NCBI GenBank assembly: GCA_050013255.1
Contig: JBEKFP010000001.1
Location: 1,056,001-1,120,000 of the forward strand
DNA: 64,000 nt
Direction of reading: 5' to 3'
Origin: Candidatus Bathyarchaeia archaeon
GTDB taxonomy: Archaea > Thermoproteota > Bathyarchaeia > 40CM-2-53-6
The notes below the pieces were generated by a model that saw only the letters and a program-made list of their open reading frames with translations, was not told the origin of the DNA and did no database searches. This document shows, in pieces, positions 60,862-64,000 of this stretch. Position 1 is the first letter of the stretch, and the number at the start of each line of letters is the position of its first letter. The position numbers and the translations under genes were made by a program.

Positions 60862-62252
60862 AGACCCCTCCCGACACCTCTGTAGACGAGCCCGCTCTTC
60901 TCTACACTTGTCGGGTCAAGGATTCCTGTACAATCAATAATCAGCCCCTTCTTCGACATGTGCGCGGCGAGCTCAACGGTGTCCATGTTCTTGAAATCGT
61001 CGTGTGCGACCGTCAATATCACGCAGTCTGCTTTCTCAACGGCCTTGCGCAGGGTTTGTTCAGACGTGAGTCCGAGTGATTCCATGTCGGATGCGTTGAA
61101 GAGAGGATCGAAGGCTGTGACTCGGGCCCCACGTTTCCTTAGGATCGCTATGAGGTCGAGAGATGGGGAATAACGTGCCTCTTTGACGTTGGGCCGGTAA
61201 CTAATTCCGAGGACAACCACCTTTGCTCTTTTGAGTGATTTGCCTGAAACCCGCATGCCATCGGAAGCAAGCTTGGTGACGTGGCGGGGCATGAGGTCGT
61301 TTATCTTCCGCCCCTCTAGGACTAACCTGAGCCGAGCGTCGAGAGCGTAAGTTTCGCTCGCCAGTAAGTAGGGGTAGACTGGTAAGCAGTGGCCTCCCAC
61401 GCCAACGCCGGTTGAATGAAGATGGGAATAGGGTTGGCTGTTGGCGGTTCTCATAGTCTCCAGGTAGTCCACACCCACCTCCTCGCAGAGAAGTGCGAAC
61501 TCGTTGGCGAGCGCAATGTTAACGTCTCTGTAGATCGTCTCAAAGAGTTTTGATAATTCTGCAGTCCTAATGTCTCGGACGCGGATTAGTTCACCTTTCA
61601 CTATTACTGAGATTGCGGCGCAAGCTGCTTCAAGGCTTTTCTTGTCAACGGCTCCAACAATTTTGCTATAGCTCTGCAGGTCTTGGAGCGCTCTTCCGCC
61701 CATGGCGCGAATAGGACTATAGGCTAGACCGAAGCCTTGGCCTGCGACGAGTCCAGAATATTTCTCAATTGTCGCCTTTACTACACGTTCGGTTACACCG
61801 GGCCCACAAGTGCTCATGAATATCACTAGGCTACCATTCCTCAACCCCTTCCCAATGCTTACGCAGGCGTCTTCGACGGCGGAGTAATCTGCCCGTTTCT
61901 GTCTGTCGATCATTGTTGGAACGACGATGAATAGAATGTCCGAGTCGGCCGCGGCTTCTTCTGTGCTCGTAGTCGCCGTAAATTTGCCAGACCTCGTCGC
62001 TTTCTTCAACATAACGGGGAGGCCTGTCTCATCGATTGGGGGGTCCCCTTTGCTTACCCGTTCGACAACCTTAGGGTTCATATCCACACCGATGACTCGG
62101 GCGCCTGCATCAGCGTAGAGGCATGCTGTCGGTAACCCCATCCAACCTAGCCCGACTACTCCGATGGTTAGTGCGCCAGCACGAATTCTAACAGCAATTT
62201 CACCGGGCTCAAGGGACATAAGTGTCTGAGGCGATGGTGTAAGTGATGACAT
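60849..62252 (-). CDS. UDP-N-acetylhexosamine 6-dehydrogenase (WecC/WbpA family)
   Basis: VGLGWMGLP, K..E..YRDVNIALANE, GVGGHCLP. Confidence 0.9.
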   Translation of the reverse strand: MSSLTPSPQTLMSLEPGEIAVRIRAGALTIGVVGLGWMGLPTACLYADAGARVIGVDMNPKVVERVSKGDPPIDETGLPVMLKKATRSGKFTATTSTEEAAADSDILFIVVPTMIDRQKRADYSAVEDACVSIGKGLRNGSLVIFMSTCGPGVTERVVKATIEKYSGLVAGQGFGLAYSPIRAMGGRALQDLQSYSKIVGAVDKKSLEAACAAISVIVKGELIRVRDIRTAELSKLFETIYRDVNIALANEFALLCEEVGVDYLETMRTANSQPYSHLHSTGVGVGGHCLPVYPYLLASETYALDARLRLVLEGRKINDLMPRHVTKLASDGMRVSGKSLKRAKVVVLGISYRPNVKEARYSPSLDLIAILRKRGARVTAFDPLFNASDMESLGLTSEQTLRKAVEKADCVILTVAHDDFKNMDTVELAAHMSKKGLIIDCTGILDPTSVEKSGLVYRGVGRGLWTR

Positions 62253-62298
62253 TGAGCGAACCTTGCGTAGGGGCCGCCATAGAAATATTTAACTGTTT

Positions 62299-62317
62299 TT
62301 AACTCTACACGAGTTAA
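62299..62317. promoter_or_regulatory. Perfect inverted repeat TTAACTC-N5-GAGTTAA, candidate TrmB operator
   Basis: Ends 2 nt before the trmB ATG, in the divergent gap with the UDP-sugar genes. Confidence 0.55.
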
Positions 62318-62319
62318 CC

Positions 62320-63153
62320 ATGTCCGCTCCACGCATCACGGAATCTTTGCGAAGCATTGGCCTAACCTCCTATGAATCAGAGGCGTATCTTGCGCTTTTG
62401 AAAAGCCGAGAATTAACCGCGGAAGAAATCTCCAAAATGACTTCAGTACCGATAACGCGGGTTTATGGAACCCTTGAGCGACTAATGCAGAAGGGTTTCG
62501 CGAGAATAGTGGAGAGCAGGCCGAAAAAGTTTCATGCCATTTCCCCCGAGGAAGCCAAGCGCGAATACCTAACGCATGTGCGTAGGAATTTTGAAAGGAA
62601 CCTACTCACGATGGAGGAAACTATGGGAGGTCTGCAAAGACAGGTTGAGCCGATATATGTGGAAAGCCATCTCCAAGTGAAGGCCGAGGAACTGCTTGAG
62701 TCATTGGAAGATCTAAGAGTGATGGAAAAGAGAACCAGCGAGTATACTCAAGGAGCATCTAAAGAGATCTTGATATCCACTGCGTTGTTCTCTTGGCTTC
62801 CCAAGCTGAAACCTCAACTTAGGAACGCTTTGGCGAGGGGTGTGAGTGTTAAGATCCTGATGCAGTTCGCCGACAGCCAAGTTAAACGGCATCTAGATGA
62901 TCTAAGAAATATGGGGGCACAAATCAGAGACACGCCCGACCCATGGCATCCCGTTCGCGGAACCCTAGTCGACGATAGAGATCTAATTTTCGTGATATGG
63001 GCGGCTGAAGAAGCGGAGCGACATTGGAATCCCATTGTGTACACTCCAAATCATACGAAGAACCCTGGGTTGATCAGGATTTTTCGTGAATCGTTTCTAT
63101 ACCGATGGAGTGATTCCAGGAAATTGCCAAAGGCGAGGTTGATGGTCAAATGA
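62320..63153 (+). CDS. trmB: TrmB family transcriptional regulator
   Basis: GLTSYE..AY.ALL..A.EIS..VP..RVY..L..L..KG..RP wHTH plus PLD-like effector domain. Confidence 0.9.
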   Translation: MSAPRITESLRSIGLTSYESEAYLALLKSRELTAEEISKMTSVPITRVYGTLERLMQKGFARIVESRPKKFHAISPEEAKREYLTHVRRNFERNLLTMEETMGGLQRQVEPIYVESHLQVKAEELLESLEDLRVMEKRTSEYTQGASKEILISTALFSWLPKLKPQLRNALARGVSVKILMQFADSQVKRHLDDLRNMGAQIRDTPDPWHPVRGTLVDDRDLIFVIWAAEEAERHWNPIVYTPNHTKNPGLIRIFRESFLYRWSDSRKLPKARLMVK

Positions 63154-64000
63154 AGGTTTGGTTAGACGTACTTACACCAAAGCAAGCCAATTTCCTAGGC
63201 GAACTGCAACACCGTCTTATTGCCAAAGGTTTCAAGACAGTCTTGACGACACGACAATATCGAGAAGTAAATGAACTGCTGGAACTCAAAGGGACTAAAG
63301 CCATTCAAGTCGGGCGCCATGGCGGCGGAGAACTCAAGGACAAACTCCTCGAAAGTTCCAGGCGGGTTTCAGATCTAACTCAAATCATAGAAGACCTAAA
63401 GCCAGATGTGGCAATTTCCTTTTCATCGCCGGAGGCAGCCAGAGTCGCATTCGGCCTAAAGGTCCCTCACTTTTGCGTCAGTGATTCACCTCATGCTGAC
63501 GCAGTCTGCAGGCTGACGATACCCCTTTCACAAAAACTGTTCACGCCTTGGGTAATTCCAATATACGCTTGGTCGCGGTACGGTGCAGCTCCGAGGGATG
63601 TTGTTAGGTACAAGGCTCTGGACCCAATAGTATGGTTGAGTAGCTACAAGAGTAGCAAAGAGGCATTCGACGGTCTAAAATTAGATCCGAACAAGCCTAT
63701 ACTTGTGGTTAGAACCCCTGAAGAGTTCGCCGCGTACCTTACTGAAAGGTCATCAACTTTGTCGAGTAAGGTGACGGACGTTATCGGGAAACTCTTGGAA
63801 ATCAACGGTGGCGGCATGCAGATTGTGATCTTGCCGAGGTACGATGTGCAACGTGACAGGCTTAAGAAGCGCTTCGGAGACCGCGTAATTGTTCCTGAAC
63901 ATGTTATCGACGCTATCCCTCTCGTACGTGCCTCATCTGTGTTCGTCGGAGGCGGTGGGACGATGACCGCAGAGGCCGCCTTGCTTGGGATTCCAGTGAT
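63150..64000 (+). CDS. DUF354 family glycosyltransferase-like protein (runs off window end)
   Basis: Not in ORF track. ATG 63150 overlaps the trmB stop: MKVWLDVLTPKQ...GRHGG...SPEAARVAFGL...DSPHA...GGGGTMTAEAALLG.P. Confidence 0.88.
   Translation, partial: MKVWLDVLTPKQANFLGELQHRLIAKGFKTVLTTRQYREVNELLELKGTKAIQVGRHGGGELKDKLLESSRRVSDLTQIIEDLKPDVAISFSSPEAARVAFGLKVPHFCVSDSPHADAVCRLTIPLSQKLFTPWVIPIYAWSRYGAAPRDVVRYKALDPIVWLSSYKSSKEAFDGLKLDPNKPILVVRTPEEFAAYLTERSSTLSSKVTDVIGKLLEINGGGMQIVILPRYDVQRDRLKKRFGDRVIVPEHVIDAIPLVRASSVFVGGGGTMTAEAALLGIPV

Noticed and set aside
1-64000. CRISPR array, rRNA, integrase or provirus
   Set aside because: No regularly spaced repeats, rRNA signatures or viral/integrase genes seen.

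Overview
Archaeal chromosomal DNA. EF-1beta, FEN1, Cdc48, Trm5, Trm112, TrmB, a CFI-box-CTERM protein and many TTG starts point to a TACK lineage, probably Bathyarchaeia-like (inference). The window has two parts. (1) 1-39.7 kb is an accessory region for peptide, amino-acid and amide scavenging. It carries Dpp-type ABC, APC and ECF transporters, M19/M20/C45 hydrolases, an amidase with a GatC-like partner and two creatininase-family enzymes. It also carries Asp racemase, Pro racemase, trans-3-hydroxyproline dehydratase-type, PhzF and DSD1 genes, three aminotransferases, a threonine synthase-like gene and a coupled nucleotidyltransferase/metallophosphoesterase pair. At least six gene remnants interrupt it, and it ends at a transposase C-terminal relic. 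(2) 40-64 kb holds mostly core genes: FadF/EMO-type Fe-S oxidoreductase with etfBA, geranylgeranyl reductase, cdc48, EF-1beta, fen, pcm, trm5, a large surface protein, larC, an OCD/AlaDH-family gene, ridA, trm112, UDP-sugar dehydrogenases, trmB and DUF354. I found no tRNA, rRNA or CRISPR array by eye. The most notable signals are the NTase/phosphoesterase/APC module, two genes with no canonical start codon, a split proline-racemase gene bracketing a 6-kb block, and palindromic candidate operators at cdc48 and trmB. All family calls come from reading motifs; no database search was run.
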